From Mobula hypostoma (taxonomy: Eukaryota), in assembly GCF_963921235.1 (NCBI RefSeq), contig NC_086108.1, forward strand, positions 80,664,001 through 80,728,000: DNA of 64,000 nucleotides. Reading direction: 5' to 3'. The notes beneath the pieces were generated by a model. It worked only from the letters and a program-made list of their open reading frames with translations, was not told the origin of the DNA and did no database searches. Shown one piece after another: positions 25,789 through 38,169 of the stretch. Each line of letters starts with the position of its first letter. Positions within the stretch are counted from its first letter, which is position 1. The position numbers and the translations under genes are program-made.

Positions 25789-28142
25789 TAGACTATGCTT
25801 TTCTTGACATCAGCCATGCTCACTAATCCTTACATCTTCCTGACGATGCATTGACCCAAGTCCAAGTCAATGTCCCTTCCAAAGGCAAAATTCTAAGTTA
25901 TACAGCAAATTATAAGGAATCTTGGCATTAGCACAGAACTAGACTGGACAGTACTTCAGAGCTGTTATGCCAGCAATTGCTTGTCTCAGATGCCTTGCTA
26001 CTACTCTGCTCTCTTGAACTCAGCATTCTGTATTCGTACCAAGATTCCTAAAAGGAATCATGAGATAGGCGGCCAGAAAATTGATTCTATTCCCAAACAG
26101 CTTATTGTCTGTATAAAGCAAACCATTATATGGTGCCATATGAAAGGATCTTTGGCCTCTTCCACAAGGGTATTGGAAGCACAGTCTTTGAACAGTTCGA
26201 GGGCAGAGCAAGACACATGGTTAATGAGCAAGGGGGCTAAAGGTTATTGTGGGTAGAAAGGAATGTGCAGTTGAGGTTATAATCAAATTTTATTAATTAG
26301 TGTGGCTGATGAATTGAGGATGTGACCTTTCAGGCACACAAGGATTTGCCTCTTAATAAAAAGGCCTTCATTTAGGGATGGTTTATTTGAATAAGCCCTT
26401 TGTTTCTTGTGGGTGACTGCCTTGGGCTCTTACAATGCCTGCACTTTCTGGCAGGTTATCACCACTGGTCATAAAATAAATACAGCTACTTTGAATATTG
26501 TCATGCTTGTTTTGGGACCAGAAGAGTACTTTAATCACGATGGCACAGAAGGCTACAGGCCAAATGGAGGAAAATGGGATTGGTTGAGTATTCAATGGTC
26601 ACTATGGACATAATGGTCTAAAAAGCCCAGTTCTGTGCTTCATGAATCAATGAAGAAATATACAAAGGAAAAACGACAATTCCAGTCTCTAGTCCCAAGC
26701 TACTATATTTTGGCGACAATATTTATAAATATTCCTTATTCATTTTCAGATTTTCCATTTTGCTTTACCATATACAAGAAAAGTTCAATCAGCATCATCA
26801 GCATTTTTTGCACCTCATCCATGGTGAATATTTAGGAAAATGAGGGAAGGAAAGCAGTTTATTCAGCTCCTTAAATCTACTACATCTAAATAGCTGTAAT
26901 GAATATTTTAAACTAAGTCACATTTTAAATACCATATATATTCAAATGTAACACCAGCATTGACATTTTGTAAAAATAAGGAATATCAACTTAACTCAGC
27001 TGTAACCATTCTCTTTCTAGATTTCTTTGCCAAATTTATGTACAGATTCTTCTTAATGTCCTCTTTTTCTTAAAAAAAAAGTCCAAAACTGAAATAAAAA
27101 GCTACTCGAGGAACTGGATAATAAAGTAAAACTGGAATAAGAATGAACAATGTAAGAACAATGGAGTAGAAGAAGACATTTTTTCAAAAGGTTTTAAATC
27201 AGTAGCAATAATATCACACCCAGTCAAGGATAAGAATGAAGAAGAACTTGTTTAAAGGCCAACAATCCATTACTATCACTGGGATGGTTGGAAAATCTAC
27301 TAGTCTTTTCCATGAGCAAAGTAGCACTCTGGGCTATTAAACATTCCAGAGAAGATACTGATATTGGTTTATTATTGTCACCTGTACCCAAGATTCAGTG
27401 AAAAGCTTATCCTGCATATTGTTTATACGGATCAAGTCATTATACAGTGCATGAATTAATCAGGTCCCCACTTATGCCAAGCAAACACCAGAGCTGTTCT
27501 TTCTGCTCCAGGCAGAACTATGGCAGCTGAGCTTGGAAGGGAAACTAGATGGTAATTGTTGTGTATTTAATATTTCAGTAGTATTTGAGTAATATTGCAA
27601 ACATATTGTTTGATTTAGCATTCTTGTTCATTTAAAAATTCATTATGGCTTACATGCAAAAATAAGTGAATTGTGTATGTCATGATGCTACCACTTGATA
27701 CATATGCGCCTTGCTTAAAATAAAGAACAAACTCAAGACTCTCATCTCTTGGTTCCTTGTTTTGTTTTCAATTAATTTTAACGTTTTCGAGTTACAAAAC
27801 ATAACAGTAGTTTAAAACGAACCTGAGATGACTTGTGGAAGCTCAGAGAGAAGTTTGAATTTAAAAGCACAGCACTGAATGCTTCGGAAGGGAAGGCACA
27901 ATCGGGGAAAAAGGCAGAAAGCGGAAGAATTCACGGGTTCATAAACAGGGAGTGCTGGGTGATAACAATCATTAAAAAAAAAGAACAAAAATGGCTGGCA
28001 CATCGGAAAGATTGATGCGTTCCATTACACAACAGATGACTGGAGTTTGTATACTGAGCGAATGGAGCAGTATTTTAAAGCAAATGGAATAGCCAATGAG
28101 AAATGAATACCAGTTTTGCTGAGTGCACTGGATTTAAAGGTA

Positions 28143-28722
28143 CAGGTTTCCCCCGCTATCCAAAGGTAGAGAGTTCCTATGAAACCATTCGTAAGCCGAA
28201 ATGGCGTAAAGCGAAGAAGCAGTTACCATTAATTTATATGGGAAAACTTTTTGAGCGTTCCCAGACCCAAAAAGTAACCAACCAAATCATACCAAATTGC
28301 ACATAAAACCTGAAATAACACTAACGTAGTAAAAGCAGGAATGATATGATAAATACACAGCCTATATAAAGTAGAAATAATGTATGTACAGTGTAGTTTC
28401 ACTTAACAGAATCGGGAAGTTTGAGCCAAAATTGATTTGTTGAAAAAAAAATCGGCACATACACGCATGCGCACGTCATGCACTTGCAAGTAGATATACA
28501 TCATGCATGCACACGTACACACATCACGCATGCGCACACACCTGCCTGCGCAAGGCTTCATGGTCATGGTAGTCTTTCTCGGGGTAAACACAAGTTTAAA
28601 GTGAGCGTCCTTTTTCATAAAAGTGAAAATCCTTTTTCAGTTAACGAAAACAGGCACTAATGTAGGTCGTTCGTAAAAGCGAAACGTTGTAAAGAGAACG
28701 TTCGGAAAGCGGGGGACACCTG
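28143..28722. mobile_element. Non-autonomous Tigger/pogo element (Tigger6-like) in Gypsy gag
   Basis: TA|caggtttcccccgct...agcgggggacacctg|TA; removal restores gag L-K-V-Y-S. Family name from recall. Confidence 0.85.
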
Positions 28723-29445
28723 TATACAGCTTGCTTCAGAGTTTGACTGCTCCAACCAAACCAGCAGAAATTAGCTTTGCTGATATCATGAAAGTAATGC
28801 AGGAATATTTCGAATGGAAACCATTGTTGATTGGAGAACACGTTAGATTTCAGAAGCAGAATCAAAAGGAAGGGGATTACATTTCAGTGTCATGTGGCTG
28901 AACTTCAGAAATTGTCTGAGCATTGTCAATTGGGTATTATGCTTAACAATGCACTGAGAGATCATTTAGTTTGTGGAACTTTACAAAAAAAAACATTCAA
29001 AAAATGCTCCTAACTGAAGTACAACTTGCATTTAAAGGAGCAGTTGAAATAGCAGTGTCAATGAAATCAGAAGACAGAGATGCAATTGAGTTACAGTCCG
29101 AAATGAAAGTAAGCATAATCAAAATTTTAATGGCTAAGCAGAAACCAGCCTACTCAAACAAATTTTGTTATCATTGTGGTAGAGGCTCACATACACAAGA
29201 CCAATGCAGGTTTATAGTTGAAACTTGCAGAAAATGCAACAACGTAGGTCATGAACAAAGGGCATGTCAGGCAGACAAAAATAAATGTACTGCACTGGGA
29301 AGATAAAAAGATAAAATGTCAAGTGGCAGTTTCAAAAAGAGCATTAATCTGCATGCTGTTGATGAAATATCTGATAATGATGACAGTGGCATAAGAATGG
29401 GTATCCTTGAGATTTACCATATGAAAACTAACAAAGGACAAGCAA

Positions 29446-29990
29446 ACAACAGGAATTCTGCAGATGCTGGAAATTCAAGCAACATACATCAAAGTTGCTG
29501 GTGAACGCAGCAGGCCAGGCAGCATCTATAGGAAGAGGCGCAGTCGACGTTTCAGGCCGAGACCCTTCGTCAGGACTAACTGAAGGAAGAGTGAGTAAGG
29601 GATTTGAAAGCTGGAGGGGGAGGGGGAGATGCAAAATGATAGAAGACAGGAGGGGGAGGGATGGAGCCGACAGCTGGACAGGTGATAGGCAAAAGGGATA
29701 CGAGAGGATCATGGGACAGGAGGTCCGGGAAGAAAGACGGGGTGGGGGGTGACCCAGAGGATGGGCAAGAGGTATATTCAGAGGGACAGAGGGAGAAAAA
29801 GGAGAGTGAGAGAAAGAATGTGTGCATTAAAAAGAGTAACAGATGGGGTACGAGGGGGAGGTGGGGCCTAGCGGAAGTTAGAGAAGTCGATGTTCATGCC
29901 ATCAGGTTGGAGGCTACCCAGACGGAATATAAGGTGTTGTTCCTCCAACCTGAGTGTGGCTTCATCTTTACAGTAGAGGAGGCCGTGGAT
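29446..29990 (-). mobile_element. Penelope-like element 3' part inserted in Gypsy
   Basis: HGLLYCKDEATLRLEEQHLIFRLGSLQPDGMN on the minus strand; AAGCAA at 29440-29445 and 29991-29996; very similar to 20036-20640. Confidence 0.88.
29542..29577 (-). ncRNA. Minimal type I hammerhead ribozyme motif
   Basis: Minus strand: agtc-CTGACGA-agg-gtctcgg-cct-GAAAC-GTC-gact; perfect 4-bp stem I. Confidence 0.78.
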
Positions 29991-30552
29991 AAGCAATATA
30001 GCTTACATCAGAAGTGAACAGCAAATTAATTAAAATGGAATTGGACACTGGCTCAGCTGTTTCTGTCATTTACAAAATGAGCTTGAATGGCATTTCATAA
30101 GTGCATGCTTCGGTTAAAGAGAAAACTAAGACCAGCATCTCTCATCCCCTTGTTTTACTTTCAATTAGCTTTTATTTTTTTGGAATTATAAAACATACCA
30201 GTAATTGTAGTGCTCTGACTTCTGCCCCGGTATTACCAATCAGGATAGCTTTAGTCAAAATAAGTCTACCATTCAGTCATTCAACTATCGAGGCAACTGA
30301 AATTAAATTGATTACATGCTTGTGCAAACAAGTGCTTCAAGATTCAAGATATCAAAGCTGAAGTGATAATGACATAAAAATCAAAATAATAAATTCAAAT
30401 TTATATCAACAACTTAGATAATCATTCAACAGAAGAATGCAGGGATAAGCATCTACTCTTACTTCCAGGCAATGGACTAATACAAATACGAATTGAAATT
30501 TCTAATTCCTGACAATCAAAGGCAATGCACATCAATAGAAACTGAGACTTAC

Positions 30553-30612
30553 CTGCAATGCTTCACAGGCAGATTCTACCGTAAGTGTGCTGCTGATATA
30601 ATCCACGCACAG
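30553..30612 (-). CDS. BTBD19: Internal coding exon (60 nt, phase 0-0) of a BTB/BACK-domain protein, BTBD19-like
   Basis: Minus strand reads tttatttttcAG|CTGTGCGTGGATTATATCAGCAGCACACTTACGGTAGAATCTGCCTGTGAAGCATTGCAG|GTaagt: strong acceptor and donor, open frame LCVDYISSTLTVESACEALQ. This matches the 20-aa LC...CEALQ segment of human BTBD19 as I recall it (LCLQFVVKVLDVDLVCEALQ). No neighbouring exons found by eye. Confidence 0.8.
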
Positions 30613-30919
30613 CTGAAAAATAAACCTATGGTTAACAGACAAAACATTTGAAGTAAGTGATTTTACAACAGTAAAGTTTCAGCAGCGGAATGTTTTGTTG
30701 GATGGGAGAATCATATACATAAAAGAAGAGTTGCTGAAAGAAGTTTCTGTGTGTGAAATCATGCCTCACAAATTCAAATGAGTTTTTTGAAAAGCTGACC
30801 AACAAGGTGATGAGTAGATATTGTCCACATGGATTTAACAAGGCCTTTGACAAGGCTATGATAGTCTTGTTTGGAAGGTTAGATCACATAGCATAACGTG
30901 AGATTACATAAATCACATG

Positions 30920-31429
30920 TCGGTCCACAGCCTCCTCTTGTGCCAAGATGAGGCCACACTCAAGGTGGAGGCACAACAACTTATATTCTATGTGGGTAGC
31001 CTCCAACCTGACAGCATGAACATTGATTTCTCCTTCCAGTAAATTTTTTTCCCCTGTCCCCCCCCCCTTCTTTTATTCGCCACTCTGGCCCCTTGCGTCT
31101 TCTCACCTGCCTATTACCTCCCCCTGGGTCACCTACTTCCCTTTCTCCAATAGTCTACTCTCCTCTCCTATCAGATTCCTTCTTCTCCAGCCCTTCATCT
31201 TTCCCACCCACCTGGCAATAACTATCACTTTTTAGCTAGCCACCTTCCCCTCCCTCCACCTTTTTTATTCTGGAGTCTTCCCCCTTCCTTTTCAGTCCTC
31301 AGGAAGCATCCCAGCCCAAACATCGTCTGTTTATTCATTTCCATAGATGCTGCCTGACCTCCAGAGTTCCTCCAGCATTTTGTGTGCGTTGCTTTGGGTT
31401 TCCAGCATCTGCAGAATTTCTTGTGTTTA
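30920..31429 (+). mobile_element. Penelope-like element 3' part
   Basis: EATLKVEAQQLIFYVGSLQPDSMN, pLTR with decayed hammerhead near 31295-31330; AGATTACA at 30901-30908 and 31430-31437. Confidence 0.8.
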
Positions 31430-31738
31430 AGATTACACAGTGTCCAGGATGAGCTAAGCCAAAAGGATATAAAGTTTACTTGGTGGAAGCAGTCATGGGG
31501 TGGTAGTAGAGTGCTGCTATTTGGATTGAACGCTTTTGACCTGTAGTGTATCACAGGATTGGTGTTGGGTCCCCTGTTGTTTGTCATATATATTAATAAT
31601 CTGGATAAGAATCTAAATGTCATGGTTGGTAAGTTTCTGGAAGATCCCTGAAAGTGGCGACACAGGTAGAAAATGCTGAAGGAGACATTTACTACACTGC
31701 CCTTCATTGGTCAAGGCACTGAGTACAAGAGTTGGGAC

Positions 31739-33560
31739 CATAAGACCGTAAGGTATAGGAGCAGAATTAGGCCAGTTGGTCCATTGAGTCTGCTCCACCA
31801 TCATGGCTGATTCAAAGTTCCTCTCAGTCCTTCTCCCCATATCCTTTCACGTCCTGACCAATCAAGAACTATCAAGCTCTGCCTTAAATATACATTAATA
31901 CTTGGCCTCCACAGCTGTCTGTGGCAAAGTATTCCACATATTCACCACTCTCTGGCTAAAGAAATCCCTCCTGATCTCCGTACTAAAAGGATGCCCCTCT
32001 ATTCTGAGGTGTGCCCTTTGGTCTTTGACTCTCTCCACATCCACTCCATCGAGGCCTTTCATCATTTGATATGTTTCAATGAGGCCACTTCTCATTCTTC
32101 TGAATTTTAGTGAATACAGGTCCAGAGCCATCAAACACTCTTCACATGACAAGCCATTCAATCCTGGAATCATTTTCGTAAACCTCCTTTGACCCCTCTC
32201 CTGTTTCAGCACATCCTTTCTAAGGGGCCCAAACCTGCTCACAATACTCCCAGTGAGGCCTCACCAGTGCTTTATAAATATTACAGTCCTTGCTTTTATA
32301 TTCTAGTCCTCTTGAAATAAATGCTAACATTGCATTTGCCTTCCTCACGAAAGATTCAACCTGCAAATTAACCTTTAGAGAATCCTGCACAAGGACTCCC
32401 AAGTCCCTTTCCACCTCATTTTTTCATATTTAGTCGCCATTTAGAAAATAGTCAACCTTATTATTTCTTCTACCAAAGTGCATGACCATTCACTTCCCAA
32501 CACTGTATCCCATCTGCATTTTCTTTGTCCATTCTCGTAATCTGTTTATGTCCTTCTGTTGCCTCTCTATTCCTCAAAACTACCTGCCCCTCCACCTATC
32601 TTCATATTGTCTGTAAACTTTGCAACCAAGCCATCAATTCCATCATCCAAATCATTGGCATATAATGTAAGAAGAACTGGTACCAACACAGATCCCTTTG
32701 GAGCACCACTAACCTCCGGCAGACAACCAGAAGAGGCTCCCTTTATTCCCACTCTTTGCCTCCTGCCAATCAGCCACAGCTTTATCCATGCTAGAATATT
32801 TCCTGTATAACCATGGGTTCATAGTTTGTTAAGCAGCCTCATGTGTGGTACCTTGTCAAAGGCTTTCTGAAAATCCAAGCACATTAACCAATTCTCCTTT
32901 GGCTATCCTGCTTGTTATTTCTTCAAAGAATTTCAACAGATTTTTCAGGTAAGAGTTTTCCTCGAGGAATTTTAAACTGCTTATTTTAAACTGTGCCTCC
33001 AAGTACTCTGAGACCTCATCCTTAATAATTGACTCTAACATCTTCCCAACTTCTGAGGTTAGGCTAATTGGTCTATAGTTTCCTTTCTTCTGCCTCTCTC
33101 CTTCTTCTGTCTCTCTCCTTTCTTGAAGAGTGGAGTGACATTTTCAATTTTCCAGCATTCCAGAACCATTCCAGAATCTAATGATTCTTGAAAGATCATT
33201 ACTAATGCCTCTATGATCTCTTCAGCCACCTCTTTCAGAACCCTGGGGTGTACACCTTCTGCTCCAGGTGACTTATTTATCTTCAAACCTTTCAGTTTCC
33301 CAAGAATCTTCTGTCTAGTTAGGGTAACTTTACACACTTCATGCCCTCTCACACCTGGAACTTCCACCGTACTGCTAGTGTCTTCCGTAGTGAAGACCTA
33401 TGTAAAGTACTTATTCAGTTCGTCTGCCATTTCCTTATCCCCCATTACGACATTTCTAGCATTGCTTTCCAGCAGTCTGATATCCACACTCAGCTCACTT
33501 TTATACTTCATGTACCCGAAGAAATTTGGTATCGTAAGTATCTGAAGAAAATTTTGGTAT
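31739..33560 (-). mobile_element. CR1 LINE, 5'-truncated, nested in older CR1
   Basis: ORFs 33059-33367, 32567-32752, 32220-32414, 31895-32242; GGAC on both sides; CCATAAGA-like tail. Confidence 0.9.
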
Positions 33561-34164
33561 GGACGTCATGCTACAGGTGTAAAGGACTTTGGAGTATTGT
33601 GTGCAGCTCTGGTCACCATGTTACAGGAAGGAAGTGATTAAGCCAGAGTGGCTTCAGAAAAAATTCTCATGGATGTTGCTAGGATTGGATAGGCTGTGAC
33701 TGTTTTCCATGGAGTGAAGGGGGCTGAGGAGTGACCTTATGGAGGTGTATAACATCGTGAGAGGCATAGGTAGGGTGAATGATCAGTCTTTTTCCCAGGT
33801 TAGTGGAGTATAAAACTAGAGCATACAAGCTTAAGATGAGAGGGTAAAATTTCAAAAGGGATCTGAGGGGCAAGTTTTATTCCCCACACAGGGAGCAGTG
33901 GGTAGGTGGAACAAAGGAAGTGGTAGAGGCAGAAAAAGACATTTTATTCAGACTCATGGATAGGAAAGGTTTGGAGGGATTCGAGCTAAATGTAGGCAAA
34001 TGGGATTAGCTCAGGTAGGCAGCTTGGTCAGCAAAGATACATCAGGCCAAAAGACTGGTCGCCACGGTATCTCTCTCCCTGCTCCAATCTTATTCCAGGC
34101 TTTGGTATTTTACACAGTGGCCCATACAATTCTAACGAGTTCAACAACTTCTAACCAAGGTAAC

Positions 34165-34512
34165 AAGAACCTTAATGAGTGGCATTGATCGTGTGGATAG
34201 TCAGAGGCTTTTTCCCCAGGGCTGAAATGGTTGCCACAAAAGGACACAGGCTTAAGGTGCTGGGAAGTAGGTACAGAGGAGTTGTCAGGGGTAAGTTTTT
34301 TTACGCAGAGAGTGGCGAGTGCGTGGAATGGGCTGCCCACAACGGTGATGGAGACGGATACGACAGGGTCTTTTAAGAGACTTCTGGATAGGTACATGGA
34401 GCTTAGAAAAATAGAGGGCTATGGGTAAGCCTAGTAATTTCTAAGGTAAGGGACATGTTCGGCACAACTTTGTGGGCCGAAGGGCTGGTATTGTGCTGTA
34501 GGTATTCTATAT
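34165..34512 (+). mobile_element. CR1 3' fragment, same subfamily as 60127-64000
   Basis: FFTQRVASAWNGLP..FKRLLDRYME; shared 3' UTR. Confidence 0.85.
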
Positions 34513-36439
34513 TTCTAAGTAATATATTACAGATATAGAGGGTGGTTAAAAGCTGGAATGCACTGCCTGTGTGGGTGGTGGGGGCAGTTTCTTTCAACAT
34601 TTAATAAGTATTTATTTGAGTAGTTGAATTGCCAAGGCATTGAAGGCTCTGGATCAAGTGCTGGTCAATATCGATATGTTCTTAATTATCTACATGGACG
34701 TAGTGAGCTCAAGGGCTTTGATACTGATAAATATTTTAATACTATTACCTATTTAACAAAAATAATCTTGTAAAAGCTTATAACAGGCCCTTTGGCCTAA
34801 TGCATTTGTGCCAACTAAGCTGTCCACCTGAGCTGGTCCCATTTGCCTGTATTCGGCCTGAATCCCTCTAAACCTTTCCTATAACTCTATCACTAAATAA
34901 ATGTCAGATGTCTTTAAAAAAAAGCAGCAAAAAGCAATAATGCACAAAAAAATCTTAGGACTGACTAACACTGATCTCTAATAGTGATAACTGATTCAGT
35001 AACACTCTGTTCTCAGGGTGGTATCTCTGTAAATCTAGCTAAACAACTGCATCACTTCATCATATAAGTTGCAGAGAAACTAAAGGTAGAGGACTAACAA
35101 GTGTTTGGACGGGCTGTAGAATTTAGTAACTTCATTTTACTCCAACTGTTAATTTCAACTGACAAGCTTTCTCAATAGATATTTGCGTACAATCTCTACA
35201 TATTAAATGTCATTTTACATCACAATTTGAATGAGTAAACATTCCAGATACACACCTAGAGAGCTGCTTTCAATTATCAAATGCTTTGCAGGAGAATTTT
35301 CTTTGGCACAGTTCAGCTATCTACCACAGCATACATAAGATCACTGATAGAATGCATATATCAGATATATCTTTGGTATGTCTGGTAAATACATTTCATC
35401 AGGGATCATTGGAGGAAGTTGCCACATGATTAGTTTGTGCTTGCATCAAGATATGCAACTCTAATCTGCAACCCACCTACCCGATCATAAATGAAAATCA
35501 AATAAAAATTGTTGACGTTGGAAATCTGAAATAAAAATAGCAAAATGATACAAGCACTTTAACTTCCATTCCCACTCCCACTCGGTGACCTCCGGCAAAA
35601 AGACCCAGATTCAGTTTCAAATTTACTTATTACATGTACATCAAAACATAAAGTGAAGTGTGTTGCTTGCAATAACAACCAAAACATCCAAGGATGTACT
35701 GGGTACTATGCCAACATAGCATACCAACAGCTGAACAACAAAACATGAAAACAACAATAACAGAACAAAGCAAGCCTCTTTCCCACCTCTTCATACACAC
35801 AGACAGACCTTCAAGCCCAGGGCAGGCCGCCTCTGCGTCTCCAGTCCTTCAGTCCTTGCCCTGCACTCTCAGATTCACAGACAATGGGCCTTCAACCTCC
35901 AGTCCCTAAGCCGGACTCACTAACTCAACATTAAGGCCTCTACCTCCAGATTTGCCGACTTCGGTCTTTGGCATTTTGAGCTCTATACTTTGACTTCTGG
36001 GTCTGTCCTCTGGACTTCACCCATTTCTGAGGATTGACCCCATGACTTGCCAATCAAGGGTTTGACCCATCACAAGCAAGAATAATAACGCCTCATCTCG
36101 GCACATGACAACCTTTCAGTCTCGTTATCAAATTCTCCAGCGCCAGGCAATTTGTTTTCTCAATCTGTACCAGAACTCCCCATTTCTTTTGTTACCTGTG
36201 ATAATGACTCAGTTTTACTCCTTTAGGTCAGTCTGACCTGTTGGGCATATCCACAGCCCAACACATAACCCAGATAAAGAAGCATAATCACTGTTGAAGT
36301 GTCCCCAGTAACCTATCTGAACAGACAAGACATTCCTATGGCAATCCCTACCTTACCTATTCCCTAAGTCCCATCCATTCCTCCCACCAACTACTCTACA
36401 AGTTAAAATAAACTATTCTGCTCTTTCTTTTAAACACTG

Positions 36440-36870
36440 AGCTGGACAGATAGAAAAGGCTGTATGTCGGGACCGGAGGCAAAGGTCAAGGTGGTTCTGT
36501 TCGCTGCTCCACAACACTTACTCCGCTCTCCGTGACACTGCGGCTATGGCAGTGGCCTGCTCCGGGTTTCGGTCTGCAAGCTCTGCTTTGTTCTGCTGTT
36601 TGATGAACTGTGGCTGAGGCTCTGGGCTTCGTGTCTATGGACTCTCTTTAGTTCTGAATGTTGTTGCTTGCTTTTATTGTTTGGCATGATTTGTGGTTAT
36701 TTTGCCCTCTCTCTCTCTCTCTCTCTCTCTGTGCATTGGATGTTTGTTAACCTTTTTTAATAGGTTCTTTTAGGTTTCTCGTTTTCCAGCTGCCTGTAAG
36801 AAGATGAATCTCAAGGTAGTATAATTTATACACACTTTGATAATAAATGTTCTTTGAACTTTCAACTTTC
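36440..36870 (+). mobile_element. SINE-like element with LINE-type tail and (CT)n tract
   Basis: 3' end gaatctcaaggtagtata...ctttgataataaatgttctttgaacttt matches the tail of the Rex/Babar LINE at 47099-47160. Confidence 0.55.
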
Positions 36871-37339
36871 TTCTAGTGAAGCTTTAACTGTGTTTCTCTT
36901 TCCACAGATGCTGTCCGGCCAGTTGAGCACATCCAGCAATTTTTTTATTCCACAGATGCTGATGCTACCCAGTTTGAAAGCATATGGTGCATTCATATTT
37001 CCAAAGCTACAGACCCAATGCTGGTAAATGGGATTAGTATAGTTAGATCATCATGGCTGGCATGAACATGGTAAACCAAAGAGCCAATTTCTGTGCTGTA
37101 GGACTCTATGATTTAATTGTAGGTACATCTGAAACAGGTTATTTCCACTAACAATTAAAGAAACAAACAGCAACACCATGGCCAAACACCATTATCAGTT
37201 TGTTGTAATTTTCAGCCAAGGATACACTGATTAGTCTGATTAGTCACTGGTCTGCAAATCTACAGGAAAGAGTCAATTAAAAATAAGGCAACCTAAGGCA
37301 CATCCAAAATAAAACCATAAAGCTTCTTTTAAGATTTGC

Positions 37340-37468
37340 AAACACGAGGAAATCTGCAGATGCTGAAAGTTCAAGCAACACACACAAAATGCTGGTGGAG
37401 CACAGCAGGCCAGACAGCATCCATAGGAAGAAGCACAGTCGACGTTTCGGGCCGAGACCCTTCGTCAG
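37340..37468 (-). mobile_element. Short Penelope pLTR insertion starting at the hammerhead core
   Basis: GATTTGC at 37333-37339 and 37469-37475; minus strand CTGACGA-agggtctcggccc-GAAAC-GTC-gact. Confidence 0.85.
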
Positions 37469-37593
37469 GATTTGCTTTGGCTATTGCATCTTACCAATGC
37501 TCACAGGAGTTTTCTAACGTTTAACAGGCAGGTGAGTACCATATCTGTTCCCATTTCAGACCTGCATCTCACAAATGAATTTACTGAACTATA

Positions 37594-37824
37594 AATGAAC
37601 CAGCCTGGAGAATTAAGGCAAGTTATGGAGGTCACATTCAGCAAGGTGGAAGGCCAACAGAAGAGAGGAAGGCAGCCAATCAGATGGATGGACACAATAA
37701 AGACAGCCATGAATGCAACACTATCTACACTGAGCTGCCTTTGTAAGGATCAAAACTCATTGAGGGCAACTATCCATAGGGTCGCCATGAGTCAATGATG
37801 ACCTGAAGGCACGAAACAACAACA
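37594..37824 (+). mobile_element. RTE/BovB-like LINE 3' end
   Basis: KVEGQQKRGRQPIRWMDTI..ATIHRVAMS followed by a (CAA)n tail. Confidence 0.75.
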
Positions 37825-38169
37825 TGGGGGACTTTGTGACGGTGTGGCAAGTGGAACATGCGAGTTTAATTAATAATTCAACTGCTGGAGTGTGATGTGA
37901 GGATGAATGCTATACTGCTATGTCTGAAAATAATTGGCCAATGGTGCTATGGTTAAAGATGGCTTATGCAAATTTCCCAGCATGCCCTTGAAATACAGTA
38001 TGACAGGGAGAATGAGTTAAGCACAAGCAAAGGAGAATAATCAAGTAAAGGTGAGGAGGAGTTTAAAGGGAGGTTGTATCTACTGACTTTGTTTAGGGGA
38101 AATAGCCTACACCAATTTCAGGTGTCCGTACGTCTGTGAAGATGCCATCTCTAAAAAAAAAACACTTAA

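Larger units (their letters stand above)
27557..30200 (+). mobile_element. Gypsy (Mag-like) LTR retrotransposon, internally deleted
   Basis: 5' LTR 27557-27806 (TGTT..AACA); gag (ERMEQYFKANG, LRDHLVCG, two Cys/His knuckles CYHCGRGSH..C and CRKCNNVGHEQRAC); protease MELDTGSAVSVI near 30035-30070; partial 3' LTR 30101-30200; GTAAT at 27552-27556 and 30201-30205. Confidence 0.9.
30750..34050 (+). mobile_element. Old CR1 remnant split by a Penelope and a younger CR1 insertion
   Basis: Segments 30750-30900 (DFNKAFDK), 31430-31738 and 33561-34050 are collinear CR1 RT and 3' pieces. Confidence 0.7.
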
